DNA of 21,321 bases from Myxococcota bacterium (GTDB taxonomy: Bacteria; Myxococcota; JACRCW01). The translations under genes were made by a program, and so were the position numbers. The stretch lies in assembly GCA_040752415.1 (NCBI GenBank), contig JBFMGU010000185.1, positions 1 to 21,321 on the forward strand. Reading direction: 5' to 3'. This document shows, piece by piece, positions 8,381-19,640 of the stretch. The number at the start of each line of letters is the position of its first letter. Position 1 is the first letter of the stretch. The notes under the pieces were generated by a model. That model saw only the letters and a list, made by a program, of their open reading frames with translations. It searched no databases and was not told the DNA's origin.

Positions 8381-9619
8381 TCAACCCGCCGCCGCCGGAG
8401 CAGCCGCGCTCTCCTTCTCGAATTCCGTCACCGCCACGTCCAGGTTGTTGAACGCCTCGACCATGAGCTCGTCAGGGATGTTGAGCGGCGGGGCCAGGCG
8501 CAGGACGTGACCGTGGATGATGTTCACCAGCACGCCGTGCTCGCGCGCGTTGTTGACCAGCTTGGTTCCGTCGCGCTTCAGCTCGCAGCCCAGCCACATG
8601 CCGCGACCACGCACCTCACCCATGAACTCCGGGTGCTTGGCCGAGAGCGCCTCCAGGTGCTTGCGCAGCGTGGCCGCCCGCTTCTGCACGCCCTCCAGGA
8701 AGCCCGGTTCCATCAGCACTTCCATGACCGCCACGCCCGCCGCGCAGGTCAGCAGGTTGCCGCCAAACGTCGACGCGTGCATGCCCGGCCCCAGCGCGGA
8801 GGACAGCTCGCTCGTCGTCAACATGGCGCCCAGGGGCACGCCGTTACCAATGCCCTTGGCCACCGTCATGATGTCCGGAACCATGTCCTCCTGCTGGTAC
8901 GCGAACATGGTCCCCGTGCGACCCATGCCACTCTGGATCTCGTCGAGGATCAGCAGGCAGCCCGTCTCACTGCAGAGCTGACGTACCGCCTTGAGGTAGC
9001 CCGGCGGCGGCACGATCATTCCGCCCTCACCCTGCACCGGCTCGAGGAGAACGGCCGCGGTGCGCGGGCCCACCATGCGGCTCAGCGCGTCGATGTCGCC
9101 GTACTGCACGTATTTGAAGCCGGGCACCAGCGGCTCGAATCCCGCGCGGTACTTCTCCTGTCCGGTGGCGGTGATCGTCGCCATGGTGCGGCCGTGGAAG
9201 CTGTGCAGCGCGGAGACGATCTCGAAGCGGCCCTCACCCTTGAGGTGGAAATACCGGCGTGCGCACTTCAGCGCGGCCTCATTGGCCTCCGCGCCGCTGT
9301 TGCAGAAGAACACGCGCTCCGCGAACGAGACGGAGCACAGCTTCTCGGCGAGGTCGACGAGCGGGACGGACGCGTACATGTTGGACGCATGCAGCATCTT
9401 GCCCGCCTGCTTGCGGATGGCCTCCACCACGTGCGGGTGGCTGTGGCCCAGGCCGGTGACCGCCAGGCCGCCAATCAGGTCGATGTAGCGCTTCCCGTCG
9501 ACGTCCCAGACCACCGAGCCCTCGCCGCGCTCAAGCACGACGGGCTGCGGGTTGTAGCAATGGAGGAGGTGCTTCTTGGCGCGGGCCAGGATGTCCGCGG
9601 TGGATGCCAGGGTGCTCAT
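8381..9619 (-). CDS. argD: Acetylornithine aminotransferase (class III PLP)
   Basis: FFCNSGAEANEAALK, SFHGRT, EPVQGEGG, LILDEIQSGMGRTG, PDIMTVAKG, HASTFGGN. Lies 3 nt upstream of argF. Confidence 0.93.
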   Translation of the reverse strand: MSTLASTADILARAKKHLLHCYNPQPVVLERGEGSVVWDVDGKRYIDLIGGLAVTGLGHSHPHVVEAIRKQAGKMLHASNMYASVPLVDLAEKLCSVSFAERVFFCNSGAEANEAALKCARRYFHLKGEGRFEIVSALHSFHGRTMATITATGQEKYRAGFEPLVPGFKYVQYGDIDALSRMVGPRTAAVLLEPVQGEGGMIVPPPGYLKAVRQLCSETGCLLILDEIQSGMGRTGTMFAYQQEDMVPDIMTVAKGIGNGVPLGAMLTTSELSSALGPGMHASTFGGNLLTCAAGVAVMEVLMEPGFLEGVQKRAATLRKHLEALSAKHPEFMGEVRGRGMWLGCELKRDGTKLVNNAREHGVLVNIIHGHVLRLAPPLNIPDELMVEAFNNLDVAVTEFEKESAAAPAAAG

Positions 9620-9668
9620 GGCCGGCGGCTTGTAGCAGAGCGCGCCCGGCGGGGCACCAGGCCCGGAG

Positions 9669-11024
<1,356 letters not shown>

Positions 11025-11053
11025 GGGATTCCTCGGGGGGACGCAGGCGGGTG

Positions 11054-11082
11054 AACATAGGCACGGCGGCGGGAAATGCCAG
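11054..11082 (-). promoter_or_regulatory. Putative sigma70-type promoter of hslU
   Basis: - strand CTGGCA - 17 nt - TATGTT, about 30 nt upstream of the start codon. Imperfect consensus. Confidence 0.35.
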
Positions 11083-11329
11083 CCCCCGCCTGGTGGCGGC
11101 CCCCTTGGCGCCGTCCCTTCCGTTGCTGGTGGGGTCTTGCATGCGGTTGGGGGTGAGCGGACGCGCCGGGGGAGAGTCGGGTGCAAGTCGGCGGCATTCG
11201 GGATCCTGGACAGAATGCTGGTCAGCGTCGCGGCCGGGACGCACCGGTGGGTATTGAAGCGCTGCGGTTTTGAGTGACCATCCGTGCGCGTCGCGGCGAG
11301 GATGAACCTCGGCACGCTGGTCTGTTAGG

Positions 11330-11506
11330 GTGTGTGGGTGCTTCGAGACGAGCGCCGCTGAGGTTCGTGATGTGTTCGGCCACCAGTGTCGAATCATGTC
11401 GCTGGACCACCTCATCGCCGTCAAGGAGGCCGTCGCACGTCCCAAGGACAAGCTCGTTGCGGCGGAGTTGGCGGCCATCCGGGAGCGATTGGTCGGCAAG
11501 CGCTGA
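11330..11506 (+). pseudogene. C-terminal fragment of a putative nucleotidyltransferase (DUF6036-like)
   Basis: 58-codon ORF not in the supplied track: ...AEVRDVFGHQCRIMSLDHLIAVKEAVARPKDKLVAAELAAIRERLVGKR*. The pattern G-x-x-x-R-I-x-S-L-x-x-L-I-x-x-K-x-A-x-x-R-P-K-D is recognised by eye. In-frame TGA at 11303-11305 upstream, and no N-terminal GG/DxD catalytic part. Confidence 0.6.
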
Positions 11507-11508
11507 CC

Positions 11509-13035
11509 CTACTGCGGCCACACCTTCTCGACGGGCGCATCCGCCGGCACCGGCCCCTGGGGCAACGCATCCACCAATCCCTCAATGAACGCCACCGTCG
11601 GCGCGGCGGCCCCCACGCCCGCCAGCTGCAGCGGCCCTTCCACACCCTTGCCGTACCGCTCTGCGGGGAGGAGATATCCCGCGTACTCACCCGAGAACGA
11701 CGCCACGACGAGGGAATACCCCTTCTTCCGCGCCCGCTCGCGCAGCGGCAGCGTGACCTCTCCGCTCAGCTCTCCCGGAACGGACACCACCAGGGCCGGC
11801 CCCACGACGAGCGCGCTGACGTGGAAGGCCGGCGGCGGCGTGAGCAGCAGCTCGCTGGCGCGTTCGGTGAGCGCCCAGCTCCCGACGACAGGCACGCGCA
11901 ACGGCGGCAAGGGCAGCTCCGCCCGGCCACACGCCACCCGCGCCTCTGAGGGCGACACCGGCTCGTTGATCGAACGCGGCCGGAACGCGCCCATCACCGG
12001 CGTGGCCAGCAATTTCCCGACGACACCGGGGGTGCGCTCCCCCGTGGGGCTGTGCACGCCCATGCTCCCCATGGGACCGGCGCCAAACGAGACGAACGCG
12101 CCCACGTGCTCACTGACGGTCTTGCGCAGGAATCCCGGGTAGTCCGGGCTCAGCCAATCCCGTCGCGACTCCGACGTGGGATGCGCACCGTAGAACACCA
12201 GCAGCGCGGGCTCATTGCCGTTGACGTCGAGCTGCAGCACGTCCAGCGTGGCGTCCTCCGTGCCCTGTTTGTCCAGGCGGTTGTAGATGAGGGACGGCGC
12301 TTGCGGCTGCCCGGCGCGGATGACGGCGGGACGAAGCTCCCGGGAGGCGCCCCACGCCGTGGGAGCCCAGCGCATGGAGAGGAACTCCAGCACGGTTTCC
12401 GCCGCGCCCAGCAGCCATCCCTCCGCGGGCGTGCGGCCGTACCCGCCCAGCGACGAGTGCGAGTGACTCGCCGTGAAGAGGATGTGCTCCCGCGGAATGC
12501 GCGCCAGCGCGTTGACCTCGGTGGCCACGCTCTCGGCGAGGTCCGGCGTCACCAACAACAGGTCCGCGCCCATGATGGCGCACGTGGGGCCCGCGCCCGC
12601 GCGCATCAGCCACGCAAAGCTGGTGACTTCTCCGTCGAGACCCAGGCTCTTGCGCACCGCGGGTCCGTAGCCCGCCAGGCGTACGTAGTTGGGTGGGTCG
12701 GGGGTGACCGGATAGGTGCCCACCGCCGCGTACAGCGGACCCGGCGAGGGAATCCCCAGGTCACGCCCCAGCTCGGCGCCGCGCGCGCGGGCCGCGTCCA
12801 CCAGCACGGGCGTGTCCGCGTGCGTGGCGGGAACCGGACCGGCGTACAGGACCAGCGCCACCGCAAGCACGGCCAGCACGACGAGGACCACCGGAATGGC
12901 CCGCCGCACCGCGCGCCACACCGCCTGCGGCGCCCCCACCAACGCGCCCTGGTCGGTCTCCGGCGCGGTCTCGAAGAACGCCTCCTCGAGCGGCGGATGC
13001 TCGTGCTTGACGCCGTTGTTGCCGTCCTTGGTCAT
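11509..13035 (-). CDS. Neutral/alkaline ceramidase-family protein with N-terminal membrane anchor
   Basis: [19 protein letters not shown] (THTHS-like metal motif), YNR, YGAHPT, DYPG, PGE, YAGYL. Hydrophobic helix [20 protein letters not shown]. Confidence 0.8.
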   Translation of the reverse strand: MTKDGNNGVKHEHPPLEEAFFETAPETDQGALVGAPQAVWRAVRRAIPVVLVVLAVLAVALVLYAGPVPATHADTPVLVDAARARGAELGRDLGIPSPGPLYAAVGTYPVTPDPPNYVRLAGYGPAVRKSLGLDGEVTSFAWLMRAGAGPTCAIMGADLLLVTPDLAESVATEVNALARIPREHILFTASHSHSSLGGYGRTPAEGWLLGAAETVLEFLSMRWAPTAWGASRELRPAVIRAGQPQAPSLIYNRLDKQGTEDATLDVLQLDVNGNEPALLVFYGAHPTSESRRDWLSPDYPGFLRKTVSEHVGAFVSFGAGPMGSMGVHSPTGERTPGVVGKLLATPVMGAFRPRSINEPVSPSEARVACGRAELPLPPLRVPVVGSWALTERASELLLTPPPAFHVSALVVGPALVVSVPGELSGEVTLPLRERARKKGYSLVVASFSGEYAGYLLPAERYGKGVEGPLQLAGVGAAAPTVAFIEGLVDALPQGPVPADAPVEKVWPQ

Positions 13036-13054
13036 GACCTTCCCTGCGGGCTGC

Positions 13055-13432
13055 TCAAACCAGCTCCTGGATGGTCTGCAGCAGCACCTCGATATCCAAC
13101 GGCTTGGTCAGATACCGGGCGACCCCCATGGGTTCCACGCGCCGACGCGGAAAGTCTCCCGCGGTGATCACCACCACCGGAATCCCGGACAGGGCCGGGT
13201 CCGCGCGCTGGATGGCCCGGAACTGCCAGCCGTCCATGCGCGGCATCATCAGGTCCAACAGGATGAGCGAGGGCGACGGGTGGGAGCGCAGCCACTCCAG
13301 CGCCTCCACGCCGTCGGCAACGCAGGCCACGCGGTATCCCGCGTCAAAGAGCACGGCTTCCAGTGCCTCCCGGATGCCACGGTCATCATCCACCACGAGG
13401 AGCGTCTTGGCGGGGCCGTTTGACTCGGTCAC
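13055..13432 (-). CDS. Single-domain (CheY-like) response regulator
   Basis: LLVVDDD, ILLDLMMPRMDG, VVITA, YLTKP. GTG 13432 is preceded by GGAGG. Confidence 0.92.
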   Translation of the reverse strand: MTESNGPAKTLLVVDDDRGIREALEAVLFDAGYRVACVADGVEALEWLRSHPSPSLILLDLMMPRMDGWQFRAIQRADPALSGIPVVVITAGDFPRRRVEPMGVARYLTKPLDIEVLLQTIQELV

Positions 13433-13519
13433 ATCGCCTCCAGGCGCACGCTCCCGTCGGAGCCAGGGATTGCGTGGGGCAAGCCATGACACGTTCCCGC
13501 CGGCACGCCAAGCGCGCGC

Positions 13520-13548
13520 TTGAGGGCAACCACCGCCACCGCTAGGGT
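13520..13548 (+). promoter_or_regulatory. Putative sigma70-type promoter of the amino-acid dehydrogenase gene
   Basis: TTGAGG (13520-13525) - 17 nt - TAGGGT (13543-13548), about 50 nt upstream of ATG 13600. Confidence 0.45.
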
Positions 13549-13599
13549 GCGCCCTCGTCCCCACCGCCGGATGGGCGGTTGCGCGTGAGGTTGGATGCC

Positions 13600-14706
13600 A
13601 TGGGTATTTTCGAGCGACTTGCCACCAAGGATCATGAGCAGGTGGTCTTCTGCTACGACGAGATTGCCGGTCTGAAGGCCATCATCGCCATCCACAACAC
13701 CACGCTGGGCCCGGCGCTTGGCGGCACGCGCATGTGGTCGTTTGCCAGCGAGGAGGACGCGCTGGAGGACGTGCTCCGTCTGGCCCGCGGCATGACGTAC
13801 AAGAGCGCCGCGGCGGGACTGAACCTGGGCGGCGGCAAGGCCGTCATCATCGGCGACCCGAAGAAGGACAAGAGCGAAGCGCTGTTCCGCTCCTTCGGCC
13901 GCTTCGTTCAGGGGCTGGGTGGCCGGTACATCACCGCCGAGGACGTGGGCACCTCCGTGACGGACATGGAGCAGGTCCGCATGGAGACCGACTTCGTGAC
14001 CGGCATCAGCCGTGCGCTCGGCGGAAGCGGGGACCCTTCTCCCGTCACCGCGCTGGGCACCTATGAGGGCATGAAGGCCTGCGTGAAGCGGGTCCTGGGC
14101 AAGGAGAGCCTGGAAGGGCTGACCGTGGCGGTGCAGGGCGTGGGTCACGTGGGCTATCACCTCTGCCAGCACCTCCACCGGGAGGGCACCAAGATCATCG
14201 TCAGCGACGTGGACGCCGACAACCTCAAGCGCGTGAGCGAGGACTTCAACGTGAAGGTGGTGGGCGTGGAGGACATCTACGCGGTCCCCTGCGACATCTT
14301 CGCCCCGTGCGCCCTGGGCGGCGTCGTCAACGACGACACCATTGGCAAGCTCAAGTGCAAGATCGTGGCGGGCTGCGCCAACAACCAGCTCAAGGACGAG
14401 GAGCGGCACGCCAAGGCGCTGGAGCAGCGCAAGATCCTGTACGCGCCGGACTACGTCATCAACGCGGGTGGTCTCATCAACGTGGCCAATGAGCTGGAGG
14501 GCTACAACCGTGAGCGCGCCGTGCAGCAGGCGGCGGGCATCTACGACATCCTCAACCGCGTGTTTGAGATCGCCGAGCGCGAGAAGGTGACGACGGTGCA
14601 GGCGGCCAACACGCTGGCGGAGCGGCGCATCCAGCAGATTGGGCGCATCAAGAACTACCACACCGGTCTGAGCCGGACGGGCCGGGCGCGGGGTACTGCC
14701 GCGTGA
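13600..14706 (+). CDS. Glu/Leu/Phe/Val dehydrogenase, leucine dehydrogenase-like
   Basis: [72 protein letters not shown]. Confidence 0.93.
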   Translation: MGIFERLATKDHEQVVFCYDEIAGLKAIIAIHNTTLGPALGGTRMWSFASEEDALEDVLRLARGMTYKSAAAGLNLGGGKAVIIGDPKKDKSEALFRSFGRFVQGLGGRYITAEDVGTSVTDMEQVRMETDFVTGISRALGGSGDPSPVTALGTYEGMKACVKRVLGKESLEGLTVAVQGVGHVGYHLCQHLHREGTKIIVSDVDADNLKRVSEDFNVKVVGVEDIYAVPCDIFAPCALGGVVNDDTIGKLKCKIVAGCANNQLKDEERHAKALEQRKILYAPDYVINAGGLINVANELEGYNRERAVQQAAGIYDILNRVFEIAEREKVTTVQAANTLAERRIQQIGRIKNYHTGLSRTGRARGTAA

Positions 14707-14732
14707 ACGCCCGGGGTGTGGGGAGGCACCCA

Positions 14733-15311
14733 ATGGCCAGGAGGCACCCGGTGCGCACCCGCATCTCCGTGGCTGTGGCGTTGTTGTCGTTGTGTCTGGG
14801 CCTGGCGCTGGCCCGGTGTACGCCGGTTGGGGGCGGGGGCGGGACCGCGCAGCGTCAGGATGCCAGCCTCACCGTGACTCCCAACGGCGGTGAAGCGCAG
14901 AAGTACGACTACGACGCCAACATCAACGAAATCGCCATGACGCCGCCGGCGGGCGGTGTGTTCGAGGCTTCCTTCACGCAGGGTGACCCGCGCCTGCAGC
15001 TGAAGGTGCGCATCAATTCCGAGCACGTGGAGGAGGGGCAGCAGGTCCGCTTCCCGCTCTCCGGCGGGCTGACCAGCGGAGACGTGCTGGTGACGGCGGA
15101 ATACCAGGGGCGCACCTACCGCTCCGACTTCCCCACGACGACGGGCGACATGACCATGGAGATCCTCAACGTGACGGAGGACGCCGTGGACTTCCGCTGT
15201 TCCATGAGCCTCACGCTGGGCAGCGAGGCGCCGGCCACGCTGAACGTGGTGGGCTTCCTGGAGGCGCACTACGGGGACACCGCGTTCGTCGAGGACGCAG
15301 GCTTCGAGTGA
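14733..15311 (+). CDS. Hypothetical exported, possibly lipid-anchored, beta-rich protein
   Basis: Basic N-region plus hydrophobic VAVALLSLCLGLALAR-C followed by a Gly linker. GC3-rich codon usage. GGAGG RBS before both ATG 14733 and GTG 14751. Confidence 0.7.
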   Translation: MARRHPVRTRISVAVALLSLCLGLALARCTPVGGGGGTAQRQDASLTVTPNGGEAQKYDYDANINEIAMTPPAGGVFEASFTQGDPRLQLKVRINSEHVEEGQQVRFPLSGGLTSGDVLVTAEYQGRTYRSDFPTTTGDMTMEILNVTEDAVDFRCSMSLTLGSEAPATLNVVGFLEAHYGDTAFVEDAGFE

Positions 15312-15351
15312 CCGACGCAATAGCTCGCATCCGTGCAGTTGCACCAACCAA

Positions 15352-15423
15352 GGTCGTCGCACGTCGCTGAGCCCAACGCGGCGATGCCCCAAAGGCGTTG
15401 GGAGGGCGTTCGACGTCACGACC
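15352..15423. other. Long imperfect stem-loop between convergent genes (possible bidirectional terminator or palindromic element)
   Basis: ggtcgt 15352-57 / acgacc 15418-23; acgtcg 15361-66 / cgacgt 15411-16; cccaacgc 15372-79 / gcgttggg 15395-402. Confidence 0.5.
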
Positions 15424-15439
15424 GTCGACAACCAGCCGC

Positions 15440-16030
15440 CTACTCCACCCGCGCCCCATTCAGCGGCGAGATTCCCAGTCCCCGCAGCACCCCCACCACC
15501 GGCAAGAGGGGCAGCCCCAGCACGGTGAAGTGGTCTCCCACCACGTGCTCCATCAGGTGAATCCCCCTCGACTCCACGAGGTAGCTCCCCGCCGTCCCCC
15601 GCCACTCCCCCAGGTCCAGGTACCTCTCCACCTCCGCTCCACCCAACGCGCGGAACCTGATCTCCGCCACGTCCGCCACCAGCTCCTCCGTCGTGGCGGT
15701 GACCACGGCGGCCACGCTGATGAGCCGGTGCGTCCTCCCGCTCAGCTCGATGATGCGCGCCCTCGCCTCCTCGCGCGTGTCGGTCTTCCCCGCCAGCGCG
15801 CCATTGGGGAGCAGCAGCACCTGGTCCGCCCCAATCACCGTGGCGTCGGGCTCGCCCGTCAGAACGCTGCGCGCCTTCTCCAGCGCCAGTGCCGCGGCCA
15901 CCTCCACCGCGTCGCCGTCGTCGGGGAGGACCTCATCCACCTGGGGGCGCACCACGCGGAACGCGTACCCCGCCGCCGCCAGCAGCTTCCTTCGCACCGG
16001 GCTTCCGGAGGCCAGGATCAACGACGTCAT
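15440..16030 (-). CDS. maf: Maf family nucleoside triphosphate pyrophosphatase
   Basis: LILASGSPVRRKLL, VDE, EKA, IGADQV, LSGRTH, AGSY, GDHFTVLGLP. ATG 16030 overlaps the psuG stop (ATGA). Confidence 0.92.
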   Translation of the reverse strand: MTSLILASGSPVRRKLLAAAGYAFRVVRPQVDEVLPDDGDAVEVAAALALEKARSVLTGEPDATVIGADQVLLLPNGALAGKTDTREEARARIIELSGRTHRLISVAAVVTATTEELVADVAEIRFRALGGAEVERYLDLGEWRGTAGSYLVESRGIHLMEHVVGDHFTVLGLPLLPVVGVLRGLGISPLNGARVE

Positions 16031-16941
16031 GGTGCTCGGGCAGCCAGCTCTTGCGCCAACTGGGCTCCCAGCCGCGCGTTGTTGGTGGCCAGTGAGATGT
16101 TGGTCGCCACGCTCTTGCCCACCGTGATGCGCTCCATGGCGGCCAGCAGGTGCGGCGTCAACGCTTTCCCCTTCACGCCGTTGTTGCGCGCATCCATCAG
16201 CGCTTCCTGCACCGCCAGGTCCACCACGTCGGGATCCATGGCGTCCGACTCCGGCACCGGCAGGCACACCAGCGCGCCACCCTGCTTCAGCCAGAAGAAC
16301 CGCGCCGCCAGGATCCCCGCCAGCTCCGCCGCGCTCTCCACGCGGTGCTCCAACGCCAGCCCCGTGGTGCGGGTGTAGAAACCCGGGAACTCCACGCAGC
16401 GGAACCCCAGCACCAGTACGCCCAGCGTCTCCAACCGCTCCAGCGTCTTGGGCAGATCCAGGATGGCCTTGGCGCCCGCGCTGATCACCGCCACCGGGTG
16501 CCGGGAGAGCGCGTGGAGGTCCTGGCTCTCGTCGAAATCATCCTCCGCGCCGCGGTGCACGCCGCCAATGCCGCCGGTGGCAAAAACGTGGATGCCCGCC
16601 TGCGCCGCGGCCCACATCGTGGAGCTCACCGTGGTGGCATGCACGCCGCCGCGCGAGAGGGCCACCGCCAGGTCACGCTCCCCGCACTTGGCCACGCCGC
16701 CGGTGGTGCACAGGCGCTCAATGCCCTTGTCGTCGAGACCCACGCGCACCTTGCCGTCCATCACCGCAATCACGGCGGGAACCGCGCCCTCGGCGCGCAC
16801 GGTGTCGTTGATGCGCCGGGCCACCTCCATCCGCCTGGGCGCGGGCATGCCGTGCGCCAACAGGGTGCTCTCCAGCGCCACCACGCCACGACGTTCACGA
16901 AGGGCCTGGGCCACGTCGGGGGAAATGTCGATCACGCTCAC
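16027..16941 (-). CDS. psuG: Pseudouridine-5'-phosphate glycosidase (PsuG/YeiN/IndA family)
   Basis: VVALESTLLAHGMP, ATTVSST, FATGGIGGVHRGA, AGAKAILDLPKTLERLETLGV, GKALTP, NISLATNNA. Confidence 0.93.
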   Translation of the reverse strand: MSVIDISPDVAQALRERRGVVALESTLLAHGMPAPRRMEVARRINDTVRAEGAVPAVIAVMDGKVRVGLDDKGIERLCTTGGVAKCGERDLAVALSRGGVHATTVSSTMWAAAQAGIHVFATGGIGGVHRGAEDDFDESQDLHALSRHPVAVISAGAKAILDLPKTLERLETLGVLVLGFRCVEFPGFYTRTTGLALEHRVESAAELAGILAARFFWLKQGGALVCLPVPESDAMDPDVVDLAVQEALMDARNNGVKGKALTPHLLAAMERITVGKSVATNISLATNNARLGAQLAQELAARAP

Positions 16942-17993
16942 ACGCGCCTCACCGCCAGCAGGTCCTGGACGTCCAGGAGCCCCACCGGCCTGTGCTCTCC
17001 GTCGACAACCGGCACCTGGTCAACCTGGTTCTCCGTCAACACGCGCAGCGCCTCCTCCACCAGCTGCTCGGGCCGCACCGTCTTGGGATGCCGCGCCATG
17101 AGCTCCTCCACCTTCACGCGCATGTCCGGCGTACCTTGTGACTCGAGCAGGAACCTCCGCAGGTCCCCGTCGGTGAGCAGCCCCACCAGCCGCCCCGCGT
17201 CGTCGACCACGTGGGTGGCCCCCGGCCGCCCCGGCGTCCGCGTCATGACCTCCACCGCCTCGCGCAGCGACGCATGCACCGTCACGCGCGGGTTCTCCTG
17301 GTCCTGGCGCATCACCTCGGAGACCTTCATGAGCTGCCGACCCAGCTTCCCCGCCGGGTGGTACCGCGCAAAGTCCTCCTTCGAGAACTGCCGCGCGTCG
17401 CTCACCGTCATGGCCAGCGCGTCGCCGAGCACGAGCATGGCCGTGGAGCTCGCCGTGGGGGCCAGTCCCAGCGGACACGCCTCCACCACCGGGCCAATGT
17501 CCAGCACCACGTCGGCGTGACGGGCCAGCGGGCTCTTCACGTCGCCGGTGATGGCCACCACGGTGACGCCCAGCGCCTTCATGGGCCCCAGCAGCCGCAC
17601 AATCTCCTCGGTGCGACCGCTGTTGGAGAGCACCAGCGCCACGTCCCGACGTCCCACGCGTCCCAGGTCACCATGCAGCGCCTCGGCGGGATGCAGGTAC
17701 AGGCTGGGCACGCCGGTGGACGCCAACGTGGCACTGATCTTCTGCGCCACGAATCCCGGCTTCCCCATCCCCGTCACCACCACGTGCCCCTGGCAACGCA
17801 TGATGAGCCGCACCGTCTTCACGAATGCGGCGTTCATCCGCTCTTCCAGGAGCCCAATGGCCCGCGCCTCCGCCTGCACCACGCTGATGCCGTGGGCCAG
17901 CAGCTGCGCGTCGGTCTTGCGGGGCGCGGAACGAACCTCCCGACGAGCGCGCGGCGCGGCAGGGCGGGTGTGCTTGGAGGGGGTGCTGACCAT
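16938..17993 (-). CDS. kdsD: KpsF/GutQ family arabinose-5-phosphate isomerase (SIS domain + 2 CBS)
   Basis: VVVTGMGKPG, KISATLASTG, HPAEALHGDLG, SNSGRTEE, EACPLGLAPTAS, HPAGKLG, and a CBS pair (GLLTDGDLRR). Confidence 0.9.
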   Translation of the reverse strand: MVSTPSKHTRPAAPRARREVRSAPRKTDAQLLAHGISVVQAEARAIGLLEERMNAAFVKTVRLIMRCQGHVVVTGMGKPGFVAQKISATLASTGVPSLYLHPAEALHGDLGRVGRRDVALVLSNSGRTEEIVRLLGPMKALGVTVVAITGDVKSPLARHADVVLDIGPVVEACPLGLAPTASSTAMLVLGDALAMTVSDARQFSKEDFARYHPAGKLGRQLMKVSEVMRQDQENPRVTVHASLREAVEVMTRTPGRPGATHVVDDAGRLVGLLTDGDLRRFLLESQGTPDMRVKVEELMARHPKTVRPEQLVEEALRVLTENQVDQVPVVDGEHRPVGLLDVQDLLAVRRV

Positions 17994-18029
17994 GGAACTG
18001 CGCCGAGGCTGGAGGTTGGAGGGGCTTCT

Positions 18030-19526
<1,497 letters not shown>

Positions 19527-19640
19527 GACCCTGCCTCCGCTTGCGTTGAAGGAAGGCGCGCACTCTAGACGCGGTGGCGGAGGGAAGGAACGGGGCGCGG
19601 CCTCCCAAAGTGCCTTCCTCCCGTGCTAACGGGCGCGTCC

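Noticed and set aside
11025..11315. 97-aa N-terminal extension of HslU in the ORF track
   Set aside because: Homology starts at [14 protein letters not shown] (ATG 11024), which has a GAGGA RBS. The extension is Pro-rich and lacks recognisable motifs.
13501..13516. CGGCACG-N-GC sigma54-like -24/-12 motif
   Set aside because: Lacks the conserved TGG and TTGC; such matches arise by chance at this GC content, and a sigma70-like promoter fits better.
15371..15403. GCCCAAC...GTTGGGA resembling integron attC R boxes
   Set aside because: Only 33 bp end to end, shorter than known attC sites, with no L boxes, no integrase and no cassette array.
16027..16941. Indigoidine or C-nucleoside antibiotic biosynthetic cluster (IndA-like)
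   Set aside because: No NRPS (IndC-type), HAD phosphatase or tailoring genes in the window.
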